A program made the translations under genes and the position numbers. The notes below the pieces were generated by a model. The model did no database searches and had not been told where the DNA came from. It worked only from the letters and a program-made list of their open reading frames with translations. 64,000 nucleotides of DNA from an uncultured delta proteobacterium (lineage in GTDB: Bacteria > Myxococcota_A > Polyangia > Polyangiales > B10-G4). Below are positions 9,286-19,700 of this stretch, in pieces (position 1 is the stretch's first letter; each line of letters begins with the position of its first letter). The stretch is taken from contig CAVSGI010000009.1 of assembly GCA_963727445.1 (NCBI GenBank), forward strand, positions 608,001 through 672,000, given 5' to 3'.

Positions 9286-10758
9286 CTACTCGAAGAGCTT
9301 CATCACCTTGTGCCCGAGCTCGTAGACACCGTAGGCGAAGGGAACGGCGACACAGGACCAGGAGACGAGCATGCGCAGGGGCGCCTTGCCAGTGCCGGCC
9401 TGGACGGCCTCGCTCCGTGTCTCGTCTCTTGCATCGTCCTCCTCGGCTGCACGCTCGTGGTGCTTTTCCGCCACCGGGCGCACGAGCTCGTTCGCCACGA
9501 AGCCGACCGACAAGAGCCCGATCATCACGAAGAAGCTCGTGCGATAGAGCGCGGGGCCGGACGCGCCCGCAGCCTGCTGATCGTCGGCGATGTAGTTCAC
9601 GATCAGCGGGCCCAGGATGCCCGCGGCCGACCACGCCGTCAGCAGGCGCCCGTGGATGGCGCCCACCTGATAGCTGCCGAAGAGGTCCTTCAGGTATGCG
9701 GGAACCGTCGCGAAGCCGCCGCCGTAGAAGCTCAGGATCACCAGCGCGCAGAGGATGAAGAGCGGCCGCGAGGCGCTGCCGGACAGGGCGATGGTGAGAT
9801 ACATCGCCGCGCCGACGCCGAGGTAGAGGCGATAGACGTTCTTGCGTCCGATGTGGTCCGAAGTGGAGGACCACAGGATGCGGCCGAGCATGTTGGCGGC
9901 GCTGAGGAGGGCCACGAAGCCCGCCGCCGTCCCCGCGGAGACCGCGGCATCGGTGTCAGCGAAGAAGTCGCGGATCATCGGTGCGGCCTTTTCGAGGATC
10001 CCGATCCCCGCGGTCACGTTCAGGCAGAGGATCAACCAGAGCAGCCAGAACTGCGGCGTGCGAATGGCGGTGTCGGCCGAGACGCGGGCGGTGATGAGCG
10101 TCGCCTGGACGTGGGGCGACGGCGTCCACCCCGGCGGTCGATAACCGTCCGGCGGCACGCGCACGATGAACACCCCCAGGCCCATGAGCGCGGCGTACGC
10201 GACGCCGTGAACGGTGAAGGCGGTGGCGATCCCGCTCGCATCCCGGCCGAAGGCGTCGAGCATGCGACTCGACCACGGTGATGCGATGAGCGCGCCTCCA
10301 CCGAAGCCCATGATCGCGATGCCGGTGGCGAGGCCGGGACGATCCGGGAACCACTTGATCAGCGTCGAGACGGGGGAGATGTAGCCGATGCCCAGGCCGA
10401 CGCCCCCGATGCCGCCATAGCCGAGCACCACCAGAAAGTATCGATGGGTGAACACGCCGAGCGCGGCGACCAGGAATCCGAGCGACCATGCGGCGGCGGC
10501 CACTGCCATCGCCCAGCGCGGCCCTTTCTTCTCGACGAGCTTTCCTCCGAACGCAGCCGAGAGTCCGAGCACGACGATGCCGAGCTGAAAGGGCAGGGCG
10601 CTCTCGGTGCCGCTGAGCGAGAGCGTCTCCTCGAGCGCAGGCTTGAAGACGCTCCACGCGTAGCACTGGCCGATGGAGAGATGAACTGCCAGCGCCGCTG
10701 GCGGGACCAGCCAGCGGCTGAAACCGGCAGGGGCGACGCTGTCCTCGCGTGCGAGCAT
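9286..10758 (-). CDS. OFA family (oxalate/formate antiporter-like) MFS transporter
   Basis: HLSIGQCYAWSVF, GYISPVSTLIKWFPDRPGLATG, YGGGFATVPAYLKDLFG and AIHGRLLTAWS; about 12-13 TM segments. Confidence 0.92.
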   Translation of the reverse strand: MLAREDSVAPAGFSRWLVPPAALAVHLSIGQCYAWSVFKPALEETLSLSGTESALPFQLGIVVLGLSAAFGGKLVEKKGPRWAMAVAAAAWSLGFLVAALGVFTHRYFLVVLGYGGIGGVGLGIGYISPVSTLIKWFPDRPGLATGIAIMGFGGGALIASPWSSRMLDAFGRDASGIATAFTVHGVAYAALMGLGVFIVRVPPDGYRPPGWTPSPHVQATLITARVSADTAIRTPQFWLLWLILCLNVTAGIGILEKAAPMIRDFFADTDAAVSAGTAAGFVALLSAANMLGRILWSSTSDHIGRKNVYRLYLGVGAAMYLTIALSGSASRPLFILCALVILSFYGGGFATVPAYLKDLFGSYQVGAIHGRLLTAWSAAGILGPLIVNYIADDQQAAGASGPALYRTSFFVMIGLLSVGFVANELVRPVAEKHHERAAEEDDARDETRSEAVQAGTGKAPLRMLVSWSCVAVPFAYGVYELGHKVMKLFE

Positions 10759-10856
10759 CGGCGGCGGACTCTATCAGGGCTTCACTCGACAAGGGCACTC
10801 GTGTGGCGTAGACGAGGCACAGCGACGACCCGTCGTGCCGCCGCTTCCTTCGAAAG

Positions 10857-12977
10857 ATGAGCGCGGATCCCGCAGTGCAAGAGCCAGAGCCTGGACGTCA
10901 GAGCCTGCCCGGACGGACGACCTCTCCACCGGTGCGCGGCGCGCGGCGTGTCGCGAGGTACCTCGGTCGCATCCGGGATCTCTTCGGCGGCGAGGACGCC
11001 AACATGCTGCTCCTCGCCGCGGCTGTCGGCGCAGCCACCGGCTTCGGGGCGCTCGGGTTTCGGCGGCTGGTCGACGGCGTGACCAAGCTCGCGTTCGGGA
11101 ACGTCTCGACCCTGCGCGGCGCCGCTGACCTGGCCTGGCCTCTGCGACTCCTCCTGCCTGTCGCCGGAATGGTCGCCGCGTGGGGGCTGGCGCGTTTCTT
11201 CGCGCGCGAGGCCAGGGGGCACGGCGTCCCGGAGGTGATGGAGGCCGTGGCGCTTCGCGGCGGGCGCATCCGGCCGCGCGTGGTGATCATCAAAGCGCTG
11301 GCCTCGGCGATGAGCATCGGCACCGGCGGCTCGGTGGGCCGTGAGGGTCCGATCGTGCAGATCGGGTCGGCGATCGGAGCGACGATCTCGCGGATCTTCG
11401 GGCTCAGCGAGCGACGCATGAAGCTCTTCGTCGCTTGCGGCGCCGCCGCCGGCATCGCCGCCACCTTCAACGCGCCCATCGCCGGCGTGCTCTTCTCGGT
11501 CGAGATCATCCTGGGCACGGCGACGATTCGAACATTCAGCCCGATCGTCATCTCCGCCGTCATCGCGACCGCCGTCTCGCGGTGGTTCCTCGGGGGGCAG
11601 GCGGCCTTCGCGGTGCCGGCCTACGCGCTCCGCAGCCCCGGAGAGCTCCTCGACTACGTCGTGCTCGGGCTGGTGGCGGGGATCCTCGGCGTGCTCTTCG
11701 TCCGCATCCTCTACGCATGTGAAGACCTCTTCGAGCGGTTCCCGGGCCCCGAGATTTTGGCGCCGATCGTGGGCGGCCTGATCGTCGGCGCTCTCGGCCT
11801 CTTCGTTCCCGCGGTCTACGGGCTGGGATACGAAGCGATCGAGCGCGAGATCCACAGTGGCCAGATGGTGCTGACGGTGCTCCTCGTGACCATGGGTGCG
11901 AAGATCGCCGCGACCAGCGTCACCCTCGCCGGCGGCGGCTCGGGAGGGGTCTTCGCGCCCTCGCTCATGCTCGGCGCCATGCTCGGCGGTGTCGTCGGCA
12001 TCGGCGCGAACTACGCGAACCTCTGGGCCACCGCGTCGCCCGGCGCTTACGCGCTCGTGGGAATGGCCGCCATGGTGGCCGCGACGACGCACGCGCCCCT
12101 GACGGCGATCCTCATCATCTTCGAGCTCACGGGGAACTACGAGATCATCCTGCCGCTCATGCTGGCCAGCATCATCGCCTCGGTGGTCAGCGTGCTCCTG
12201 GAGCGCGAGTCGATCTACACGATGAAGCTCGCGCGCCGCGGTCGTCACCTCGACGAGCCGACGCAGGTTGCGACGCTTCGCGCGACGCCGATCTCCGATC
12301 TCGTCTCGACCACGATGTCGACCATGCCGCCGGACCTTCCCTACCAGGAGGTCATCGATCGCGTGCTGGCGGACGACCTCGCCTACCACTACGTGGTCGA
12401 CGAAGAGGGCCGGCTCCTCGGTGTCATCGCGCTCGGCGACATCAAGCACGTCCTCGCCGAAGAGGACCTGCATCGGGTGGTGTGTGCGCACGACCTGATG
12501 CGCCCCAACGCGCCCTCGGTGCCGGCCGGCGCGACGCTCGGGGAGTGCCTCGAGACGTTGGCGAGCGTTCCCGACGAAGAGCTCCCCGTGGTGGATGATG
12601 AAGGCGTCCTGCGCGGTGTGCTTCATCGGAACTACGTCCTCGCGCTCTACACCCGCGAGCTCTTCGACACGCAGGATCTCGGCGTCCTCTTCGTGACCAA
12701 GGAGGGACGCCGCGAGCGTCGCGACTACGTGGAGCTGCCTCGTGGGCATGCGGTCGGCGCGGTCGAGGTCCCGCGCCCGTTCGTGAAGAAGACCCTCGCG
12801 CAGCTCGATCTGCGGCGCAAACGCGAGCTCCTCGTCATCGGCGTGCGCCGGCGCATCAAAGGCCGCACGACCTGCCTCGCCCCCGACCCCCACGAGCCGC
12901 TCCAGGAGGGAAGCGTCCTCGTCGTCGAGGGGCCCAAAGATGCCATCTCCTGGCTCGCGGGGCTCGCCCGCGATTGA
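10857..12977 (+). CDS. ClC family chloride channel/antiporter with a CBS pair and a TrkA-C-like domain
   Basis: GHGVPE, GREGP, FNAPIAG...E, GGVFAP and GLGY signature motifs, followed by two CBS repeats and an RCK-C-like tail. Confidence 0.92.
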   Translation: MSADPAVQEPEPGRQSLPGRTTSPPVRGARRVARYLGRIRDLFGGEDANMLLLAAAVGAATGFGALGFRRLVDGVTKLAFGNVSTLRGAADLAWPLRLLLPVAGMVAAWGLARFFAREARGHGVPEVMEAVALRGGRIRPRVVIIKALASAMSIGTGGSVGREGPIVQIGSAIGATISRIFGLSERRMKLFVACGAAAGIAATFNAPIAGVLFSVEIILGTATIRTFSPIVISAVIATAVSRWFLGGQAAFAVPAYALRSPGELLDYVVLGLVAGILGVLFVRILYACEDLFERFPGPEILAPIVGGLIVGALGLFVPAVYGLGYEAIEREIHSGQMVLTVLLVTMGAKIAATSVTLAGGGSGGVFAPSLMLGAMLGGVVGIGANYANLWATASPGAYALVGMAAMVAATTHAPLTAILIIFELTGNYEIILPLMLASIIASVVSVLLERESIYTMKLARRGRHLDEPTQVATLRATPISDLVSTTMSTMPPDLPYQEVIDRVLADDLAYHYVVDEEGRLLGVIALGDIKHVLAEEDLHRVVCAHDLMRPNAPSVPAGATLGECLETLASVPDEELPVVDDEGVLRGVLHRNYVLALYTRELFDTQDLGVLFVTKEGRRERRDYVELPRGHAVGAVEVPRPFVKKTLAQLDLRRKRELLVIGVRRRIKGRTTCLAPDPHEPLQEGSVLVVEGPKDAISWLAGLARD

Positions 12978-12984
12978 AAGCGCA

Positions 12985-13015
12985 GAGCCCGGAACCGCAC
13001 GTGCGGCCCGGGCTC
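12985..13015. terminator. GC-rich hairpin between convergent genes
   Basis: GAGCCCGG-AA-CCGCA-CG-TGCGG-C-CCGGGCTC; no clear U-tract. Confidence 0.35.
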
Positions 13016-13040
13016 CTGATCGGCCTCTGCGGCGATTCGT

Positions 13041-13400
13041 TCAGTCGCGCGGTCGGAAACGCAGCGTGTAGGCCAGCCGCGTCTGCTGTGAGGGCGGCTC
13101 GCGCATCTCGACGCGATGCAGAGCGGTCGAGATGCACACCGGAAGGTCCTCGTCGCGGATCGTGTCGTTCTCGATGGTGACGTCGTCGACCGAGCCGTCT
13201 TCATCCATGGTGAACGCGACCTGGACGGCGCCGTCGGCGTCCCGGTCCATCTCGAGCACGTCGGCGTAGCACGCCGAGAGCTCGTCTCGCTGCGCTTCGA
13301 CCGCGCCGCGTACGCGGAGGTGTGAGTCATCCGCGGCACAGCCGACGCCGAGGGTGGCGGCGATGGATCCGAGGAGCATCATCTTCATCGTGGTCTTCAT
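13041..13400 (-). CDS. Lipoprotein with an AgmX/PglI C-terminal (TonB-C-like) domain
   Basis: MKTTMKMM...LGVGC lipobox; LSACY...GAVQVAFTMDEDGSV...CI...YTLRF pattern; AGGAGA RBS. Confidence 0.75.
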   Translation of the reverse strand: MKTTMKMMLLGSIAATLGVGCAADDSHLRVRGAVEAQRDELSACYADVLEMDRDADGAVQVAFTMDEDGSVDDVTIENDTIRDEDLPVCISTALHRVEMREPPSQQTRLAYTLRFRPRD

Positions 13401-13401
13401 C

Positions 13402-13926
13402 TCAGCTCTCTCCTGATTCGGGGGCAGAGCCCGGATCCACGACCACGAACTCCACGCGACGGTTCTGGGTGCGACCCGCGCGGGTGTCGTTGGTGGCGAT
13501 GGGGCGCTCGTCGCCGTAGCCCACCGCCTCGAGGCGCTCGGCGTCGACGCCGTCCTCGATGAGGCGATTGCGCACGGCTTCGGCGCGACGCTGCGAGAGA
13601 TGGAGGTTGAAGCCCGAGCTCCCCGCGCGGTCAGTGTGACCCTCGACGCGCAGGTGGGTGATCTCGGGGTGTGCCTTGATGACCTCGGCGACCTCGTCGA
13701 CCACCGGAATGCTGGCATCGAGGAGGCGGGCGCTTCCGTTGTGGAAGAAGATGGCTTCGTCGACCTCGATGCGCGCGATCCGCGGCTGGGGCGCAGGCGG
13801 CGGCGCGGGCCGCTGTGCGGTGATGGTGATGGGACGGCGGTCTCTGTACTGCTGGATGCTCGACGAGCAACCGGTGATGGTTACCGCCGTCGCGACGAGC
13901 ACGAGCGCGATCTGGTGGTTCTTCAT
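13402..13926 (-). CDS. OmpA family peptidoglycan-binding lipoprotein
   Basis: ITGC lipobox; VEGHTD, NLHLSQRRAEAV, GYGDERP and NRRVEF; AAGGAG RBS. Confidence 0.9.
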   Translation of the reverse strand: MKNHQIALVLVATAVTITGCSSSIQQYRDRRPITITAQRPAPPPAPQPRIARIEVDEAIFFHNGSARLLDASIPVVDEVAEVIKAHPEITHLRVEGHTDRAGSSGFNLHLSQRRAEAVRNRLIEDGVDAERLEAVGYGDERPIATNDTRAGRTQNRRVEFVVVDPGSAPESGES

Positions 13927-13973
13927 GAGTCTCCTTGTCCAAGCGCCTCCCTGCGGCGCATGTGGCCCGAAAC

Positions 13974-13989
13974 AGCACATGTCGGGCCA
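13974..13989 (-). promoter_or_regulatory. Putative sigma54 promoter of the OmpA-family operon
   Basis: TGGCCCGACATGTGCT with GG-N10-GC spacing, upstream of the RBS. Confidence 0.4.
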
Positions 13990-14055
13990 GCGCCCGCTTC
14001 GGAGATCACTCGCCCTTTGGCGCGCGGAACTTGCCCGTCGAGCAAGCCTTGCGTG

Positions 14056-15531
14056 TCACGGCGTCTCGGGCGCGGCTTCTTCCCTGCTCGCCCGAAAAAA
14101 AGCGCAATGGCCCGTGGCTGGGGAGGTCGCCAGGCTGACCTCGAAGACCTCGGCGTCGTAGCGCTGCGCCGTCTCGGCATCGTCGATCACCACGTTCGCC
14201 TCACCCGAGTAGTTCCACGACTGGGTGTCCATGTTCGTGGAACCGACGATCACCAGCTGCTCGTCCACGGACATGTATTTCACGTGCGCCTGTCCCTCGA
14301 CGTTGCCGTCGATCATCCCGACCTCGGGTTGCCCGAAGAAATGGATCTGGAGCCGCTCGCAGGCCGCATCTGCTCCCACCATGTCGAGCGCACGCGCGTA
14401 GAGCTCGTCCACGTTCTCGAGGTTGGTGCCTCCGTTGTCGAGAACCGATTCGAAGGTGTCGTTGAACGCGATGGGGACGATCAGCTCGACCGTCACGCCC
14501 CGCTCCACGGCGCGCAGGATCGCGTCCTTGGCGGCGTCGTCGTTCAGGTTCGGCGTCTGGATCCGCAGGCGCCGGGTCGCTGCGTCCATCGCGGCCATGA
14601 AGCCGCGCGCGTGCGGCAGGTCCGTGTCGTTGTTGAACCAACCGCGCGGGCGCCGCGTCAGGGCCATCATCGGAACGCATGCCCCGGCGTCGGTGCGCGC
14701 GACCCGCTCGAAAGGGCGCGTTCGCTGGTGAGCGCAATCCGAAGCGCGAGGGCCGCTGCAGCTCCACTCGTCGGCCTCGCTCCACATGTGCTCGAAGTCG
14801 AAGAGGAGCGACTGCGCGATCTCGCCGCGGAGCACGTAGGCTGAATCTCTCCATGGCATCTGTCCGTCCTTCCAGTCGTGCTGGTCCTGAACGTTCGCGC
14901 CGCCGATGTGGACGACCTCGCCGTCGATCACCACCAGCTTCTGATGCATGACGCCGCGCGTCCAGGAACCGCGGGTGGCGACGTGCACCTCCACCAACGA
15001 CGGGTCGAGCCCCAGCGACTCGATGGCGCGGATGTTCGGGACCGCCGAACCACCATCGCCATCGAGGACCTTGTTGGTGTTGATCACCAGCCGGAACACC
15101 ACCGGGTCGCCGTTGCGGCCTTCTCGGCGGAGCCGCTCCTCGAGGCGCGAGAGCCCGAAAAAGACCTCCTCCGAAGGATCGGTGTCGGGGTTGAAGACGA
15201 ACATCGCGATGTTGACGTCGTGCTCGGCGGCTTCGATGAGGCGGCCGAGCTCGGGGAAGATCTCGGGGCCGTCCAGGAGCGCGTCGCCGGGGACGTTGTC
15301 GTAGCTGAGGACGCGATCCTCCGGGACGGTGCCCCACTGGGGGTCGGCGAGGAGGGCCGCTTCGAAGACCGCCACGCCGATGGGGCTGAGCTCGCACGCG
15401 TCTGCTGCGTACCCGTCCGCCTTTCCTCCGCCGGCGCCGGTCTCGCTCGTTTCGGCGACGCCAGCCGTCGCGGCACAGCCGAGCCCGAGAGCCGTGGCGA
15501 TCAGAATGGTGAGGGTCGTCGAGCAGCGCAT
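14056..15531 (-). CDS. Phospholipase D superfamily lipoprotein (two HKD motifs)
   Basis: LGLGC lipobox and GKADG motif; MHQKLVVIDGEVVHIGGAN and HVKYMSVDEQLVIVGSTN; GGAGG RBS. Confidence 0.88.
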   Translation of the reverse strand: MRCSTTLTILIATALGLGCAATAGVAETSETGAGGGKADGYAADACELSPIGVAVFEAALLADPQWGTVPEDRVLSYDNVPGDALLDGPEIFPELGRLIEAAEHDVNIAMFVFNPDTDPSEEVFFGLSRLEERLRREGRNGDPVVFRLVINTNKVLDGDGGSAVPNIRAIESLGLDPSLVEVHVATRGSWTRGVMHQKLVVIDGEVVHIGGANVQDQHDWKDGQMPWRDSAYVLRGEIAQSLLFDFEHMWSEADEWSCSGPRASDCAHQRTRPFERVARTDAGACVPMMALTRRPRGWFNNDTDLPHARGFMAAMDAATRRLRIQTPNLNDDAAKDAILRAVERGVTVELIVPIAFNDTFESVLDNGGTNLENVDELYARALDMVGADAACERLQIHFFGQPEVGMIDGNVEGQAHVKYMSVDEQLVIVGSTNMDTQSWNYSGEANVVIDDAETAQRYDAEVFEVSLATSPATGHCAFFRASREEAAPETP

Positions 15532-15672
15532 GGGTTCCTCCGTCGTGGTGGAACATGCGCGTGAACAGGTCGCGAAGCGGTCGGCTGAACGCCAAAGGAG
15601 TGCGCCTTCGCGCCACACCGATGCGCGAACGGGCAACGATGCGAGCCGGCTACTCGATCAGCCAGCGCGCGG

Positions 15673-16299
15673 TCATTCGCTCTTCTGGTCGACGCCCTCG
15701 TCCCACGCCCAAAAGTCCACGGGCACGTCGCCGGGCGTGTCTGGGACCTCGGCCATGCGCTGAAAGTCGTAGATGAGCGCGATCGAGGTGGCGTTCTTCA
15801 GCCGCGTGAGGAAGTGGTCGTAGTAGCCCTTGCCGAATCCGATCCGATGGCCGCGCTCGTCGATGGCGAGGGCCGGTGTGAGCACGAGGTCGACGTCGTC
15901 GTCGTTCACCGGCTCGGCTCCGGGGGGCGGCTGAAGGAACTCGTAACCCGACTCCTCGAGCTCCGCTCCCTCCGCCCAGACGAAGAACCGCATCTCGTCC
16001 GCTTCCAGATCGATCCTCGGTAGCGCCACGATCTTGCCGGCTTTGCGCGCCGCGTCGACGATCATCGACGGATCCACCTCTCCGCGCATCGGCACGTACG
16101 TGGTGATCACCCGTGCGCGCTCGAAGGCCGGGTGCGCGATCACGTGCGCGGCGATCCTGGCGCTCCTCGCCGCGCGCGCCTCCGCGGGAAGCGCGCGCCT
16201 GATGGCGGCGATGCGCGTCCTCAGCTGTCGCTTCGCATCGTGGCGCAGCCGGACGAGCTGCTCCTCGTCCGGCGGTGGGCGACGGCCCGGCCTGCTCAT
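15673..16299 (-). CDS. ygfA: 5-formyltetrahydrofolate cyclo-ligase
   Basis: KRQLR N-terminus, YVPMRGEVD and DLVLTPALAIDERGHRIGFGKGYYD motif. Confidence 0.92.
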   Translation of the reverse strand: MSRPGRRPPPDEEQLVRLRHDAKRQLRTRIAAIRRALPAEARAARSARIAAHVIAHPAFERARVITTYVPMRGEVDPSMIVDAARKAGKIVALPRIDLEADEMRFFVWAEGAELEESGYEFLQPPPGAEPVNDDDVDLVLTPALAIDERGHRIGFGKGYYDHFLTRLKNATSIALIYDFQRMAEVPDTPGDVPVDFWAWDEGVDQKSE

Positions 16300-16598
16300 T
16301 CGCTCGCGTCGATCGCGGCGAGGCGCCGGTCGATGCGCTCGAGGGTGCGGGTCACCGCGTTTCGGGTCAGGCCCTCGACCTGCTCCCGCCGGCCCTCCGA
16401 GGTGAGCAGGTCGTCCGCCAGCCCGAGCGCGACCACCGCCAGCATCTGCGCGGGGGTCGCGGAGCGGGCGGCCTTCGGCCCGAGGTCGTTGATCCGCTGG
16501 TTGATCATGTCCGCCAGACGCTGCAGGTGCGCCTCGTCGGCGTCCGAGGTCATGCGGTACTTGGCCCCTGCGATCTCCAGCGTGACGGTTTGCTTCAC
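16296..16598 (-). CDS. zapA: Cell division protein ZapA
   Basis: GTG start; MKQTVTLEIAGAKYRMTSDADEAHLQRLADMINQRI...LAVVALGLADDL followed by a coiled coil; adjacent to ygfA. Confidence 0.85.
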   Translation of the reverse strand: MKQTVTLEIAGAKYRMTSDADEAHLQRLADMINQRINDLGPKAARSATPAQMLAVVALGLADDLLTSEGRREQVEGLTRNAVTRTLERIDRRLAAIDASE

Positions 16599-16703
16599 GG
16601 CCGGGACCTTACCAACACCGAGGATCGGCGAAAAGGCCCCCCTGTGATACGCTTCCACACCGCAGAATCGGGGCCCCCGACGGGGAGCGCTCCCTACGAG
16701 ATC

Positions 16704-19700
16704 ATGATCAAGGTCCTGTGCCCCTCCTGTTCCGCTTCGTACGAGCTCGACGAACGTCGACTGCCTTCGTCCGGAGTGAAGATGAGATGCCCGAAGTGCG
16801 GGTCGGCTTTTCGCGTCCACCCCTCCGGTGAGGTGGGGCCGGCCGAAGCTGGCAAGCCTTCCCAGAAGCCAGCGGCGCCCAAACCCGCTGCACCGGCCAA
16901 GCCTGCTGCACCCACACCGCCGAAGGCTCCGGCCATGGCCCGTCCGCCCGCGCCCGGCAAGCGGAAGGTCAAGCACACCGTCATGGGGGTGGCTCCGCCC
17001 TCGCCCGAGGTGAGCAATCGCCCCACCCCCCCGCGCGGCATCGAGGTGCCAGACCTGGCAGAGCTCCCCGCACCGGTGAAGAGCACGCGCAGGGCATTCT
17101 CTGGCCCCGGTGGTCCGAAGCCGCCTCAGTTCGTTCCGAAGCCGCCGCCGGGAGCCGCGGCCAAGAAGGCGCAGGCCTTCGCGCCCAAGCCTCCCGGAGG
17201 GCGGCCCGATCCACGAACGACGAAGAAGACGCCCCCCCGCGAGTTCGCGGCGCCCGCGGCCAACGATGCGGCGCTGCCTACGCGCCGAAAGGGCCCGCGC
17301 GCCGCGCACACCAAGGCGACCCAGCCCAAGCAAGAGGCCGTTCGGCCCCACGACAAGGCGACGCCCGCAGCGCCTTTCGACAGCGTGGATCTACCCGCCG
17401 CGAAAGGTCCGATCGCGCCCGCGTTCCCTGGCGGTGGTGGCGGCGGAGCGGACCTCCCCGCGCCGAAGAAGCCCGTCGCGCCCGCGTTTCCTGGCGGCGG
17501 TGGTGGTGGCGGTGGCCGCATCCCGCAAGGGACGATGATGGGTCTCGGCGAGCTCGATCTGCCCGCCCCGAAGGAGAGCGCCGCTCTGCCCGCGCCCAAG
17601 GGCCCGCTGGCGCCTGCGTTTCCCGGCCCCGGTGGGGGTGAGCCCGAGGCCCGGCCCGCGGGCACGACCCCATTCGACGACCTGGACGCGCTGGCACCGC
17701 CGGCTGGCGACGACGCGGGCTTCGACATCGACCTGGCGACGTCGCAGAGCGCTGGCGGGGGCGACGAGATGTCTTTCGCGGATCTGGACCTGCCGGCGCC
17801 GAAGGGCGGCCGTGTGGATCTGCCAGCGCCGAAGAGCCCAGCGCTCAATGACGAGATGTCCTTTGCGGACCTGGACCTGCCGGCGCCGAAGGGCGGCGGT
17901 GTGGATCTGCCGGCGCCGAAGAGTCCGGCGCTGAACGACGAGATGTCCTTTGCGGATCTGGATCTGCCGGCGCCGAAGGGTGGCGGTGTGGATCTGCCGG
18001 CGCCGAAGAGTCCGGCGCTGAACGACGAGATGTCCTTTGCGGATCTGGATCTACCCGCGCCGAAGGGCGGCGGAGCCGATCTGCCCGCGCGGAAGGGTCA
18101 CGCGCTGGACGACGAGATGTCCTTCGCGGACCTCGATCTGCCCACGCCCAAGAACGTCGCGGATCTGCCCACGCCCAAGGGCGGCATCGACGAGCTCGAT
18201 CTGCCCACGCCCAAGCTCGACGTCGACCTGCCGATGCCCAAGCAGGGCGACGACCTCTTCGCGGATCTGGACCTGCCGATCCCGAAGGGACAGCAGGATC
18301 TTCCAACGCCGAAGAACGTCACCGACCTGCCGGTCTCGAGAGCGGGGGCGGATCTGCCGGCGGCGCGCGGCAGCGGAGGCTTTGGCGAGCTCGATCTCGA
18401 CCTGCCGGGCGCCGGCGGGGGCGACGACGGGATGGAGATCGACCTGCTGGGCGACGGCGGCGCCGCCGGGGGCATGGGAGGCGGCACCGAGCTGGATCTG
18501 CCGCTGCCGACCGACGAGCCGAGTGGCCCCGCGGGCGGCGCCCCGTATGGCGAGATCGATCTCGAGGCCGAGGGCGGCGAGGGCATGGAGCTCTCCGATC
18601 TCCCTCAGGAAAGCGCAAGCTTCGGTGCGGTCGGCGACGGGGATCTCGACGTCGTCAAGGACGAGCGTACGAAGGCGCGCGAGGCGCGTGCGCGCGACAA
18701 GGGCAAGGACGACGGAGAGAAGAAGCGTCCGGTCTGGCCGTTGGTGCTCTTCGGCGTCGTGCTCTTGATCGGCGGCGTCGGTATCGGGCTCGGCTTCACC
18801 CCTTACGGCTACTTCGGCGTTCATCTCGTCGAGCAGCTCCTGCCGGAAGCCGGTAGCGCGGAGGCCGTCGCGCAGGCGGTCGACACCGCCGAGGACCAGG
18901 CCAAGGCCGATACGTACGACACGGTCCGCCAGAGCTTGCGCACGCTCGCCAATGCGCGCTCGACCATGGGTCTGAACCGCGAGCTCCTCGCACGCAGCCT
19001 CGTCCACGAGGGCCTGTTCCAGGCGCGCTTCGGCGAGGACGCGCGAAGCGCGGGGCGCTCGGTCTCGATCCTGGCGCGTCTCGACGAGCGCGCCTACGAC
19101 GGGCCCGGCATGAAGCTGGCGCGGGCGGCCGATGCGCTTCGCCGGGGCGACGCGGCGCAAGCACGATCGCTCGCGGACCAGGCGCGAAACGAAGACGGAA
19201 GCGATCCTTACGTCGATCTGGTTGCAGGCGAAGCGGCGCTGCTCGCGGGCGACAACGAAGGTGCGGCGGAGCTCTTCACCGCCGCGGAGTCGAAGGATGG
19301 GGGTGCGCGCGCGCTGTGGGGCCACGCTCGGGCGCTCCTCGCGCTCGGGTCCGAGGACGCCGCGGCCGCGGTCGACGCGACCCTCGACGCGAGCCCGCGT
19401 CATTCGGAGGCGCGCATCGCGAAGGCGCGGCGGCTCTTCGCGGAAGGGGACCTCTCGCACGCCAAGACGCTCGCGCAGGAGGCGGCTGGCGCGCTGGTGG
19501 TCGGCGAGACCCGACTGCGCTCCACGACCGCTGCGCGTGCGGCGGCCTGGACGCTCCTCGGCCGTATCGGCGAGCGCGAGAACAACCGGCGCGAGGCGCG
19601 GGAGGCGTACGAGGCTGCGCTCGAGGCGGACGCGTTCCAGGTCTTCGCGCTCATCGGCGCGGGGCGGTCGCTCTTGCTCGACGAGCGGTATCGGGATGCG

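Noticed and set aside
9286..9400. Extra C-terminal TM helix on the OFA transporter as a novel fusion
   Set aside because: This W..V.VP..YGV tail is, from general knowledge, common in the subfamily, either fused or as a separate small gene.
11215..11235. ClC GHGVPE in place of GSGIPE as altered selectivity
   Set aside because: A frequent variant in prokaryotic ClC-CBS proteins; the gating and proton glutamates are intact.
13402..13420. GAATC near the OmpA-family stop as a sixth frameshift fusing it to the next gene
   Set aside because: The downstream gene has its own AGGAGA RBS and lipoprotein signal, and both ORFs are complete as read.
14056..15531. PLD protein as an anti-phage nuclease or part of a defence island
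   Set aside because: It is a two-HKD exported lipoprotein, with no helicase, methylase or other defence genes nearby.
17763..18152. 87-bp repeats as a CRISPR array
   Set aside because: In-frame coding repeats with no unique spacers and no cas genes.
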